A stretch of DNA of 63,304 nt, filler included, from Octopus bimaculoides (taxonomy: Eukaryota): NCBI RefSeq assembly GCF_001194135.2. It is 5 parts of 5 records of this genome, joined end to end, with 100 filler letters (N's around TTAATTAATTAA, not from the genome) between each part and the next. Parts side by side here need not be neighbours in the genome. Positions count along the whole stretch, not along the records: positions 1 to 24,274 come from NC_068990.1; positions 24,375 to 44,423 come from NC_068989.1; 3 more parts are not named here. The stretch is one strand, 5' to 3'. The notes beneath the pieces were generated by a model, which worked only from the letters and a program-made list of their open reading frames with translations, made no database searches and was not told the DNA's origin. Within the stretch, counting starts at the first letter, position 1. Each line of letters opens with the position of its first letter. The position numbers and the translations under genes were made by a program. Below are positions 12,700 to 24,812 of the stretch, one piece after another.

Positions 12700-15030
12700 C
12701 TTGTGTTCTTTAATGTTTTCGATGTTCTTTGATATTGTTTCAGGTTCTAGTAACAAATCCAGCATTGCTGAAACTGAACAATTTTGATACGATTTCTCTG
12801 TTCCATGGTACTTTTAGCGTAAAGTTTTAGGTCATCCATGTACAAGAAATGGTTTATTTTTTGCCTGAAGTACCTATAATCCATGGTGGTTTCGTTTAAC
12901 AAGTTTGTTAGCGGAGTCAGAGAAAGGTAGAAAAGCAGGGGTAACAGTGAGTCTTCCTGGAAAATCCCTATTTTTATGGGTATGGGGTAAGTTTTAGTAA
13001 CTTGTGAGTCATTTTTTAATATTATATTGCCATTGCATGTTTAGTATATTTTAGTAGTAGCGTGGCTACCTTATTTGTGCAGAGAGATTCCAGTATCCAT
13101 GAGTGTGGAACACTGTCGAATCCTTTCTGGTAATCAATCCAAGTCATGTTCAGGTTTGTCTTTCTCCTCTTACAGGCCTCTATTGTTGCTCGGTTTACCA
13201 GAAGTTGCTCCTTACAGCCATACATCCATCTCCGGCACACTTTTTGTTCTTCTGGTAAGACATTGTTGTTTTTCTGGTGCTTTATAAGCCTGTTATAAAT
13301 GACTGATGTTAGGGCTTTGTAGGATGTTGATAGGTATGTTATTGGTCTGTAATTTTGTGGGTGTACGGTGTCTTTGTTTTTGGAAATTAGGGTGGTTTGC
13401 CCTTCCAGCATCCACTTTGGTGTTGATTCTGGCTCACTTATCAATAAAGTTTCAACCAGAAGCTGGGGATATTGTCTATCCCTGAAGTTATCCAGTTGCT
13501 GGTACTCTTCCGTCTGTCCATGATATCTTGGTCTGTGATGGTGGGCCATATCTGTTGTTCTATTGTGTTCTTCCTTTCTTTACCCCTACGAATCCACTGA
13601 GCAATTTTGTTGTTCTTTTTTCGTTTGCTCCATATTGCTTTCCAGTATGACTGAATCGCTGATGTTAGCATTGCATTTATTAATATAGTTCTTTTGTTTA
13701 ACTTTCTATAAAAAATTTTGTGTTTATTTTGAATTCTCCGTTTTGTTGGAAGAAGCTTTCCTGTTTTTTATACGGTTTTTTTTGCTGCTATGCCCTGTAT
13801 AATTTTTTCTTTTACCTCCTAGGTACCTTCTTTATTTTTTTATTTTGTATTGTTTTGTTATATGGGACACTTCTTATTTTTCAAAATTGATCCCGTTTTC
13901 TCTAATTCACAAAGTAGTGATAAGTCTTTCTTTTGCTTTTGAATTTTATTTATTATGATCTGATTCCATTTTGGCGTTTGAGATTTGGCTTTGATTTTTT
14001 CCTCATCGTAGGGGTAAAGTCCAGTTTCCCTGGATATCACTACAAGTGTTGAATAGATCAAGTCATTTAGTTTGTTGATATTTAGTGTATCTTTTGACAT
14101 GGTCATTATTACTTGTAAGGCTCTGCTGTATCTATTTGTCCTTTCATAGAGTGGTTTATTTTTCTGTAGCACGAGGAGACGTTTACGCTGGTTCATATTT
14201 ATCGACTGTGTAATGTCTATTTTTCCTTCTATTGTTATTTCTTCAATCGGTTCGTCTTCGTACTCGGTTATAGCTGGTCTGTTATGGTGTTGTGTTATTT
14301 TGTTTGTTGTTGATTTGTACTTCAGTATTCACCTGTCTATGAATGTTGTTGATTTGCTGTGCCGTTCTATTTATTTCTGGGTTGGGTAGCTGCGTAGAGA
14401 TTTTACTCTGGTTTAGCCTTTTATTTACTGTTTGCAGTGTTATCTCTGTTGTGTTCCCTTCTTTCTATCATGGTGTCTTATGCGTTTTCGGAGATATAAT
14501 GTCTAGTGTGCTCTTTTCGCCTGATTGCGACCCATTGTTTGAGTTATGACGTGTTTTGTTTTATTTTCCGTGTGTATTTTATCTATTAGTTTGTTTATTT
14601 CAGTTTGGGGCACTTTTCCCTCTCGCGGGATATATCACCGGACATTCGCAAGTGTATTCTCTGAGACATTTCTCCTTCTATCAGTATTTCTTCTTCTCCA
14701 TATTTGGTATGTTTCTCTTGTTATTTCTGTGTTTCCTGGGTATAGTTTTGCAGTGTAAAATGCATATAGCACTTAGATGCAGTCGTCATCTGTCCACCGT
14801 TCTCTTTTGATTTTGTTTTTCGCTTGGGCAGTGACATTAGGAGAGGGGTCTGCCTGTTCAGAGTTAATTTTTGGCAGAGCACCGTTTCTGGTTGTATACT
14901 ATTTTTGTTTTCGTATCTCGAGCGCCTCAAGCTCATTAGATAAAAATTCGCCTTTATTTGTTTTCGAAGTTTTATTACCGAGGCATATCTGTTTCTTCTC
15001 GAAGTTTTATTACCGAGCATAACTGTTTGT
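12700..15030 (-). mobile_element. R4/Dong-clade LINE, decayed ORF from the N-terminus through the RT YMDD motif; 3' part missing
   Basis: PQNYRPITYL..YKALTSVI, EQKVCRR..GCKEQLL, WIDYQKGFDSVPHSWI (13022-13549), then GIFQEDSL.PLLF and INHFLYMDDLKLYA at about 12820-12970. Many stops. Confidence 0.9.
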
Positions 15031-15532
15031 TCTCTATTTAAAATGAGACGTGTTGCATTTTATATTTATTGCTATTATTATTTGTCTCGTTTAATCTATC
15101 TAAACATTGTGTGTTCTTCATTGTCTTGTTTATGTACGAAATATAAGGGTACATGTGTGAATCATATAAGCATTACATTTATGTGTATTTGTGTAGAAAT
15201 GAGACTGCATATACGATTATTTGTATTCACAGTTTTTTTCTTGTAGCGATGTCGCATTCTCGCGTATTGCTTCAGTTCTTGTATAGGCAAATCGCATCTC
15301 CGCGTGTTGTTTACATTTTCACACTTGTCTTTCTGTGACAACGTGCCTGACAGCAACTATGTTTCATATAGAGAGAAATATTTCGGTGTCCTGAAATGAT
15401 TTACATTAAGAACCAACTTTCTTTCATATTTTTTGCTCTTTCTTAAATCCTGTTTGCCGATGATCACAGATTTAATCTAACTTCGTACAGAGCTCGCACG
15501 TACACGTACGTCATGTTTGTTATTCGCTACGG

Positions 15533-15567
<35 letters not shown>

Positions 15568-15570
15568 AGA

Positions 15571-15688
15571 TTTGCTGTAGTTCATCTTTTATACCAAGAG
15601 TTTAATGTAACCCATCTTTCATACCAAGAGTTTACTGTAGCACATCTTTTATGCCAAGAATTTGCTGCAGCCCGTCTTTTATACCAAG
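15571..15688. repeat. 30-bp minisatellite, about 4 copies
   Basis: Unit approximately TTTRCTGTAGCNCATCTTTTATACCAAGAG, with copies at 15571, 15601, 15631 and 15661. Confidence 0.85.
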
Positions 15689-15689
15689 T

Positions 15690-15970
15690 TAGGGTATTGC
15701 ACTTAGGATCGTGAGATTATGGTTTCGATTCCTAGGCCGGGTGGTGCGTTGTGTTCTTGGACAAAAACACTTCATTTCACGTTGCTGTGCGATCATTTCG
15801 ACACTTGACGCTTGGTACACTGTGTACTTGTTCAGACAACGTCGATTGGATGGAGAGAGAGTGAGCTAATGTGTGGTACGAACATTTGATCACTATAAAC
15901 AAATCGTTTGTGCAGGTTGTTCAGCAAAAGCTGAACACTCATACGTCGTCTTCGATGGGAGAATCGAATA
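15690..15970 (+). mobile_element. SINE family 3 variant
   Basis: tRNA-like head (GGTTTCGATTCC) and GCGTTGTGTTCTTGGACAAAAACACTTCATTTCACGTTGCT core. Confidence 0.65.
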
Positions 15971-16214
15971 CTATTATTAAGATGTTGTACGTTCTACCGA
16001 TCTGGCCAATCCATCGCTCTAAAGCTCTTTGATATGAGTAATTATATCTTTTCTCGTGCCTTATATTGAATCAGCGACGTAGATCGAGTCAACGATGTAT
16101 TTAAGTGGCTGTCAGAATTCCTAAAAATAACAACCAAATATCTTTTAATCTTTTGAAAATAATTATCATCAACTAATGGACATTATTGCATCAGTCCTAC
16201 GACACAAAGGGCTG

Positions 16215-16425
16215 GTTATCTGATTTCCATAGTGTGTAAGTGACCGAGTTCATAACATTCCCTCTGAAAGGGACACCAGTTTATTACAGGGTTACTCATT
16301 TTCAACTGAGTGGGCAAGAGCAACATGAAACGAAGTGTTTTAGTCAAGATCACAACACACCACTCAGTCAAGGAATCGAAACCATGATCTTGCGTGTGCG
16401 AAGGCAATATCCTAACCAAGCGCCT
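16215..16425 (-). mobile_element. SINE family 3 variant
   Basis: Reverse complement reads GAAGGCGCTTGGTTAGGATATT..GGTTTCGATTCC..GTGATCTTGACTAAAACACTTCGTTTCATGTTGCTC. Confidence 0.65.
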
Positions 16426-18204
16426 TCACTTCTATCGTTTCATTGTCGATAAATATCCTACCAGTCTTCTACTGAAGTTTATTCTTTGATCCCCCTCTTT
16501 CTCTGTTTCTCTAAAAGCGCACCTCGTACCAGAGAAATATACCTTATGTCACAACGGCGATCCTGCCACTTCTAAGGAGTCGGGCGTCTAAGGAAGGCAA
16601 GTTACTTATATTATCCTCGGCTAATGGAAAGGCAAAAATGAACCGCAACGGAATTTCAATTCAGAAAAGCGAATAAGATATCGAACCCAGCAAGTCTGGC
16701 TTTCTGTTTCGGCCAGTTATTTCTTTGGAACAATTGCCGTTTCCTCTTGCTATGACTGACTACTGACTCATCCTCCGTATATTCCTGCCTCGTCTGAACG
16801 TTTACCTCTTTATTGATTAGGAATAGATATGTTGAACAAATAGATCTGGAATATTTACAAGAATTTACAGTATTTACTATTGATTTTTCTCAATATCAAT
16901 AGCAACATCAACAAATATTTAAAAATATGACTACAGAGTTTTTGTGAAAGAACGCGTGAATAGTAATAATATGAGAATATGTGACATATATATGAAACAG
17001 TTTTTCTGACTATTGTTTCCGGTTAAGCCAAAATTGTTTTTTGCCAATCTTGTCCTCTTTCAACAAGACATAACGTCAACATGATCAACTGGTTACGAAA
17101 TACCAAATCTTTATTAGAAAAACCCCTTTTCTTAATCATGGGGTCTTATACAACAGTTCTAATTGTGTAGAGAACACGTTGTTGTTTCTGATAAAGGCCT
17201 CACTTCTGTTAGAAGTAAACTTATTTAATTTCTTTCTCTTTGCCAAGCAGTAAAGAGACTGATCACTGTATCATAGTAAGGAAATGATGCTGGGAAATAA
17301 AAGAAACGAGCCATTTGAGTTATTTATTTAAAGTGTTTTTATATACACATATACATACATTCATGCATATATCTATATAATATATACATATAAAATATAT
17401 GACATACACACGCACACATTCACCCACTCACTCACACACACACACACACGCACGCACGCACGCACACACGCATGCACACACGCACGCACACACGCACATA
17501 CACACAAACACGCACGCACACACGCACATACACACAAACACGCACACACACACATTGGGTTGGTAGAATAAACAAGATAATTGAATCTCAATAAACGATT
17601 ATATTTTCTATTTTCAATAGGCAGCCGTAACTCTCAAGGACTGAGAGTTTTTTTTACGGTACTTACGTATGTATACATAAATANNNNNNNNNNNNNNNNN
17701 NNNNNNNNNNNNNNNNNNNNNNNNNNNTATATATATATATATATATAAACACACATATATTAATGTTTGTTTATATGTTCACGTATAATAAAGACAAATT
17801 TACATTAATCTGCTGGGTTAGTCTATACTTTTGTAGCGTACAAATTTAGCATTCTCAAACAGGATAGGTTTTGTCAGTGACTGCGAAGTTTCGGCCAGTT
17901 AAGCCATCATAAAAAAAATGGAAAAATAATACTCATATTTGGGCGTCATTGGATTGTGCAAAACGTACCGGCCTTCGTATCAAAATACAGGACCAGATAC
18001 TGCAAAACTTTGGAATTGAAAAGCCTTCAGCTCATCACTGTCTTTTGAAAAGCCTTGAGTAACTTACACGGAGTTGATGTAGACGTCTTCAGGACAGGAC
18101 TGAATCTCCTACAATCAAGAGTCCAGGATAAGCCAACATTACAACTTGGAAACAAATGAAGGCAGCAACATCAAACTCCCTCAGCCACCAAATGCCAACT
18201 ATAA

Positions 18205-18510
18205 GGCGTAGACATGGCTGTATGGTTAAGAAGTTCGCTTTGCAGCCATGTGGTTTCGGATTTAGTTCAACTGCTTGTAAGAATGTTTTCTGTAATATCG
18301 ATCAATATCTTGTGAATGAATTTGATAGACAGAAACTGTGAAGAAGCTCATCATGTATGTGTGTGTGTGTGTGTGTGAGTTATATCTGATAGAATAAGCA
18401 CCAGACTTTTAAAGAAACCTAAGTACTGGGGGCGATTTGTTCGACTAAATCCTCGAAGGGGGTGCCCCAGCATAACTGCCGTCCAAATACTGAAGCAAGT
18501 AAAAAATAAA
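18205..18510 (+). mobile_element. SINE family 1
   Basis: GGCGTAGACATGGCTGTATGGTTAAGAAG head, ACAGAAACTGTGAAGAAGC-(TG)n, and GGTGCCCCAGCAT..ACTGAAGCAAGTAAAA tail. Confidence 0.75.
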
Positions 18511-19252
18511 GAAAAAATCAGAGATTAGTGAAAATGTATCAAAAAAAATTTTTTTTATAAAACCTAAAAACCCCAAGAAACAAAAACAAACAAAAAACCG
18601 CATAAACGTCGTCCTAGCTTGGCCACAATTCTTGTGCTAAAACAGGTACAAGTGTATATATATCAATGTATCATTTCTTTCAATTTTCGATACAATTTAA
18701 TAAAGTATTGATTAGTTAGGCAGAAGAACTCAATTTCCATTTGAAATACAGAACATTGCATGCATAATTTAAAGAAAAGATCGATTTTTCTCTCTAATTT
18801 TTGTGTTTGTTTTGCAGCGTTCTCGCCCAGCAGCAACGGAATATGAAAATAGATGTTAAATGCTTAGAGTTGTGGATATTTTCAGATGCACACTCCATAC
18901 AGATATAAGTTATTCATTCAACATCGCAACGGCTAATGCAAAACAAAACAATATGTAGGTATGTATACTTAAATCCCTCTTTCCAACCCAATACATATAT
19001 AGCCATACAGATATATATTATTCATTCAACACTGCAACGTCCAATGCAAAACAATACATTGTATGTATGTATGTATAAATATATACACAAACACACAGAC
19101 ACAGATGTATATATATATATATATATATATATAGCTCTCACCTTTTGACTGTATATATACATATGTATGTACGTATGAATACACACTCACATATGAACAT
19201 AATATATGTGTGCGTCTGTATATATANNNNNNNNNNTATGTATATATTAATA

Positions 19253-19380
19253 TAGGCTGCACCTTATATTTGGGAATGCTGCCAGATGTCAGGTCTTAAC
19301 GACAGTATATATAACCTGTTCAACTATATGATTCAGTGGTACATTTATCTCTGCAAAACGAACATGAACTCATAATATAT
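19253..19380 (+). repeat. Copy 1 of a ~130-bp direct repeat (copy 2 at 20629-20778)
   Basis: ATAGGCTGCACCTTATATTTGGGAATG..CAGTGGTACATTTATCTCTGCAAAACGAA is near-identical at both sites; copy 2 has a ~19-bp insertion. Confidence 0.85.
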
Positions 19381-19621
19381 ATTCATATATATGTTTTAAT
19401 GATTCGCTTAGGTATTCCACGTGTGATGGAAAGTCGCTGAAGAGGTCACAGTATGTGTGACGAAAGATTTCAGAGAAAGGTCACTAAAGTAAGAATAATA
19501 ATAAAGCTGAAGCGAAGACCTAGTATATAGTGTGTATGTTTTACTGGCAAAATATACGACCATCCCCAAATATAGCAAAATCTGTTTCAGCACTCGATTT
19601 CACATCAGAAATTTTACAAAA

Positions 19622-19972
19622 GGCGCAGGAGTGGCTGTGTAGTAAGTAGCTTGCTTACCAACCACATGGTTCCGGGTTCATTCCCACTACGTGGCACCTT
19701 GGGCAAGTGTCTTCTACTATAGCCTCGGGCCGACCAAAGCCTTGTGAGTAGATTTGGTAGACGGAAACTGAAAGAAGCCCATCGTATATATGTATATATG
19801 TATATATATATGTATGTGTGTGTATATGTTTGGTGGTGTGTTTACGTCCCCGTAACTTAGAGGTTTAGCCAATGAGACCGTTAGAATAAGTACTAGGCTT
19901 CCTGGGGTTGATTTGCTCGCTTAAAGGCGGTGCTCAGCATGGCCGCACTCAAAGGACTGAAACAAGTAAAAG
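19622..19972 (+). mobile_element. SINE family 1, near-intact copy (tRNA-derived head, CORE-like ACCTTGGGCAAG box, internal TA/TG repeat)
   Basis: GGCGCAGGAGTGGCTGTGTAGTAAG..GGTTCCGGGTTCATTCCC..ACCTTGGGCAAGTG..GCATGGCCGCA..GAAACAAGTAAAAGA, with CpGs retained. Confidence 0.9.
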
Positions 19973-20284
19973 ATATATATATATATATATATATATGGTA
20001 ACTAGATACATTTGAGACTCCCAAGATATATTGTAATTCGTCTAATGACGGCAATAAAAAAATTTGTCGGGGCTATAACCAGACACAGAAGAAAAACAAA
20101 TGGAAAATATATGAATATCAACTATATCCATATAAATGAAACATATTTATATTTCCGTTCCGGTAAACATCCCAGGATACCTAAACGTTTCTTCAGTTAG
20201 TTTTGAAACACACAGCTTCGAGGAAGGCTTTCTCCCACTATCTCTCTCTCTCTCTCTATCATGTTCTCTCTCCCTCTCCCACTC

Positions 20285-20325
<41 letters not shown>

Positions 20326-20333
20326 TACATGGA

Positions 20334-20369
<36 letters not shown>

Positions 20370-20789
20370 AGGGAGAGAGAGGGAGAGAGAGAGAGAGAGA
20401 GGGAGAGAGAACAAAACAAAATATGAGAGATTGTTTTATAAGATATTTAGTTACATCAACGTACACACGTTTTATTAACATAAGGGGATTATTAATTATA
20501 TAATGGAAACTAGTAATGAAGACGCATTGTCAAATCATGTAACTTTTATACGTTACACTGGAAAGATGATTGGAAAGATGATTAAATTCATTACCGTGGA
20601 GATGGCTAAGGACTGTGCTAGATTAATATAGGGTTGCACCTTATATTTGGGAATGTTGCCAGAAAGACTATCAATATAGATATGTCAGGTCTTAGCGACA
20701 ATCTATATAACTTGTTCAACTATATGATTCAGTGGTACATTTATCTCTGCAAAACGAATACAAACTCATAATATATGTACCTTTTACTT

Positions 20790-21000
20790 GTGCCAGTTAT
20801 TAGACTGCTGCTATGTTGCGGCGCCGCTTTGAGGAAATTTTAGTCGTGTGAAGAGACGTCAGTACTTTATTTGTTTTTTGAAGCCTGTACTCATTCCATC
20901 GTTAACTTTCACCGAATTGCTAAGTTACAGGGAGGTAAACACATCATCATTGGACCTGACGCAGTGGTGTCAGACAAACGCATCAGACACACACACACAC
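20790..21000 (-). mobile_element. SINE family 1, 3' half
   Basis: CTTTTACTTGT..AGACTGC..CTAAGTTACAGGGAGGTAAACACATC is the reverse complement of the family 1 tail. Confidence 0.65.
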
Positions 21001-21148
21001 ACACACACGCACCCCCCCCCCACACACACACGTACACACACACACATACACACACACATATTCGCACACGTACACACACGCACACATGCATATGCATGCA
21101 GCTCTTTGTCTATCTGCCCGTCTATCGACCTCTCTCTCTTTCTCTCTC

Positions 21149-21195
<47 letters not shown>

Positions 21196-21489
21196 ATAAT
21201 ATATATAACAAATTAAATGAGTGGCTTTTTAGCAAATTGAACCTAAAGGCAAAATTAACAGAGGTCACAAAAGTAGCAGAAGGTACTGACCAACACCAGC
21301 TATTGCTAGAAACAAGAGTTAAAACAGCTCAAAAGCCACACAGCAATGTACTTAATGGCTGACAAAGGGAGGTAAGTCCCCCAAGCGTACACAGTGGAAT
21401 CGAACGATTTTGGATTATGATGTATAGCTTAACCCTTGTCTGCGATTTTGGATTATGATGTATAGCTTAACCCTTGTCTNNNNNNNNNN

Positions 21490-21521
<32 letters not shown>

Positions 21522-21805
21522 CTTTTACTTGTTTCAGTCATCTAACTGAGGCCATACTGGAGTACCGCCTTGAAGGGTTTTAGTCGGACAAATCGATCCT
21601 GGGACATTTTAAAAATCTAGTCCCCCAACATGGTAATTTTGCCAAATTGCTAGGTTGGGGGACGCAAACACACCAACAAGCGATGATGAGGGTCAAGCAG
21701 AGACACAAAGGCAAACACACATAGACATATGCATGCATACACATACACGCACACATACACATACACGCACACATACACATATGTGGGTGTATATATATAT
21801 ATATT

Positions 21806-22883
21806 TTATTCATCAAAGTAAGTACCATTACAATCAATACATTTTTGCCAACGAATTACAAGTTTGTTTATTCCAGTAACATAAGAATCTGGAGTTCTGG
21901 AGCTGATGAACTCTTTGAAAGCACTTTCAGCATCAGTTTGATTTTTGAACTCCTTCTCTCACAGGAAACCATCAAGGTGCTTGAAAAAGTAGTATTCGGT
22001 AGAAAAATGGTCTGGAGAATAATCTGGGTGACGAAGAATTTCGTAGGTAAGTTTTTTCAACTTCTGGAGCGTCATTAGTGAAACGTGTGGTCGAGTATTG
22101 TCATGAAGAATGATTGACCCTCTTCTGTTGACCAGTCTGGAACGGAGAAGTCGCAGTTTTTCGTTCATTTTGGCAATTTTATGGCAATATGTTTCTGCAG
22201 TAATAGTTTTCCCGAGTTTTAAGAAGTTATAGTGGATGAATCCAGCAGTATACAAGCAAACAATCACCATAACCTTCTTTTTGAAGACCTCGGGTTTATG
22301 GAAGGGTTTCGGTGCTTCATTTTGGTCCAACCAGGTCGAAGAATGATTTTTTATTGTACAGAATCCATATTTCATCGCAAATTACAATACAGTCGGGAAA
22401 TGGACCGGTCTGGTTACGAAGAAGAAGTGACGAGCAACTTTCGTATCTGCACATTTTCTGATTTTCATTCAAATCGTGTGGTATCCATTTGTCGAGCTGT
22501 TTTGATTTTCCGATCGAATGTAAATGGTTGCAGGCAGTTTTCTGGCTAACTTGAAGTTCTTTTGTCAGTTCTCGAGTGGTTTTACGTGGATCTTTCTCAA
22601 TGACGGTCTTTAATTGNNNNNNNNNNGTGGTTTTACGTGGATCTTTCTCAATGACGGTCTTTAATTGACGGTCATCGATGACAGATGGGCGTCCACTACA
22701 CTCACGATCTTCAAGGCTCAGGTCTTCATTGCGAAATGGTTTAAACCATCTTCGAGCCGACCACTCACTGGTCATTTCCTCACCAAACGTTTCGTTGATA
22801 TCACTAGCAGTTTCAGCTGATTTACGCCCTTTTTTGAAGTTGAATAGCAACATTGCTCGAATATCGCGCCTTGACAGTTCCAT
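21806..22883 (-). pseudogene. Mariner (DD34D, Hsmar1/cecropia-like) transposase, near full length, frameshifted
   Basis: MELSRRDIRAM..RRWF..F..LEDRECSGRP, WIPHDL, ICDEIWILY, ILHDNTRPH, HPDYSPD and RWQKCIDCNGTYFDE*. One frameshift and one stop. No TIRs recognised. Confidence 0.93.
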
Positions 22884-23097
22884 CTCAGATGATTGTAACA
22901 ACGATTCTTTAATTGCCCACGGTGGCAAAATATTTCCATAGCTCTCAAACACGTGGGACATTTTCCTTTTTCTGTCTGTCTCTCTTTTACTTTTGAGAAA
23001 GCTCGGTAGGTAGGTAGTAGCAGATCTAAAGAAATATTTAACATGAGGGATGTGGGTTCTGATTGTTTAAGCAGCAGTAGCCGAGGAAGGAGACAAC

Positions 23098-23160
23098 GTA
23101 GAAGAAGAAGAAGAAGAAGAAGAAGAAGAAGAAGAAGAAGAAGAAGAAGAAGAAGCAGAA
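23098..23160. repeat. (GAA)n microsatellite
   Basis: Visible run. Confidence 0.95.
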
Positions 23161-23479
23161 GCAGGGGGATTAGGAAAAGAAGAGAATGCATATGAAAAAG
23201 ACACGAGTGGTATGACAGTAGTATGCTGTTGCTAGAGTCTTCTTAAATGGTCAAGTGCCCTAAAATTGGCCTGTTGTGGTTATAGTATTAGTGACTGGAA
23301 TTGTTCTGCATAAATTCGTCTGTAGTAACTGTTCTGAATATATCGTTTTTAATATTTGCGTGGGTATTATTCTAAGACCCTTGTAGTAATGTCATTTGTG
23401 GTGGAAGCATTCAAAAGGGGTTTATATTTTGTGATAAAATATAACTCTTTGCTAATGCACTGATTATAGGTTGCATCGT

Positions 23480-23678
23480 CCCTGAATTTATAGACGGGAA
23501 AAATTCTTTCTACTATAGGCACGACCCCAGTGTTGCACTGGTACTTTATTTATCAACATGGAAAGCATGAAAGGCAAAGTCGACCTCGGCAGAATTTGAA
23601 CTCAGAACGTAGCGATGGACGAAATACCACTAAGCATTTCGTCCAGTGTGCTAACGATTCTGCCAGCTCACTGCCTTA
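23480..23678 (-). mobile_element. SINE family 2 (Nin-like), adjacent to a long (AAT)n
   Basis: ATGAAAGGCAAAGTCGACCTCGGCAGAATTTGAACTCAGAACGTAG..CTGCCAGCTCACTGCCTT. Confidence 0.85.
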
Positions 23679-23684
23679 ATAACA

Positions 23685-23837
<153 letters not shown>

Positions 23838-24274
23838 GACAGCTTTTGACTCGATTTAAGGATGACTTTTGAACGTGTAGTGTGTAAGGGACTGAAGTAG
23901 ATCATATGTTGATACACCTTACACTGACTTTCCGAGAAAAGTGAGTTTCAAATCGAAGCGTTTTGTTTGTTTTTGTTGTCAGCACTCCAAAACTCCATTA
24001 AAACAAGTATGATCGTTCATGAAATAAATAATCAAGGAATAAAATGGTAATTAAGAAACTAAGAAATAGTTTCACTTGAATGTTATATAATATTGATTTT
24101 TATTTGACTGGTTGCAAAAATGTTCTACGCTACAGAATGGGAATTGTAAGTTAACAAGTTCATGCATTAGCGACAGAGATGAAACTAAATGATTTTTCAG
24201 AGACACACACAAATCATTCTCTGTTCTCTGCTACTCACTATAAATCGTTTAATAAGGAGATATATATATATATA

Positions 24275-24374
24275 NNNNNNNNNNNNNNNNNNNNNNNNNN
24301 NNNNNNNNNNNNNNNNNNTTAATTAATTAANNNNNNNNNNNNNNNNNNNNNNNNNNNNNNNNNNNNNNNNNNNN
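24275..24374. other. Artificial scaffold linker N44-TTAATTAATTAA-N44
   Basis: Exactly 44 N, a palindromic six-frame stop 12-mer, then 44 N. Identical at four sites. Confidence 0.97.
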
Positions 24375-24593
24375 TATATATTGATTTTAACTATCTATTG
24401 AGTTGTGTCCCATTATATCAAAAGGTAAAGCTTAGTTATTCAATATACAGAAACTGATAAAATAATACCAGACTGAAATACATACAGGGGTGAACAAATC
24501 GAACTGAAATCCTTCAAATGTGATGCCTCAGTATGGCCACAGTCCAATGAATAAAGGAATTTGTATTCAATAAAAATCTTTCAAAATACATAC

Positions 24594-24812
24594 CTTTGTG
24601 ACTGCTGCCTGTTATTCAACAAAGAGGACTTGCGAGAAATCAAAGCATTTTTCTCAGAGAATCTTTCCATGGATAACATAATCCGAATAATTAAATAATT
24701 CCAGAAGTTATCTGGAATATATGACATTTTGTACAAGTGACTCACTCTCTTCCCCTCACTATCCATGTATTTTCCAAGAGGTTCTGTTGGTAGCAATGAT
24801 GGAATCAGCAAC
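24594..24812 (-). CDS. ROCO exon: COR (LLIPSLLP..YKMSYIPDNFWNYLIIRIM..QQSQ), 219 nt
   Basis: Acceptor tattctgtag|, donor |gtatgt, phase 2-2, 73 codons. Confidence 0.92.

Noticed and set aside
15571-15688. CRISPR-like array (30-bp repeats)
   Set aside because: The units are contiguous with no unique spacers, in a eukaryotic context with no cas genes.
19622-19700. tRNA genes at the SINE heads (also 27503 and 58115)
   Set aside because: They have A/B-box-like motifs but no complete cloverleaf, and they run straight into SINE bodies.
20035-20080. CTAATGA-CGGCAA..TTGTCG as a hammerhead remnant
   Set aside because: The GAAA box is absent (GGGC) and there is no stem I or III.
21806-22883. Domesticated SETMAR-like gene
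   Set aside because: There is no SET-domain exon, and the transposase has a frameshift and a stop.
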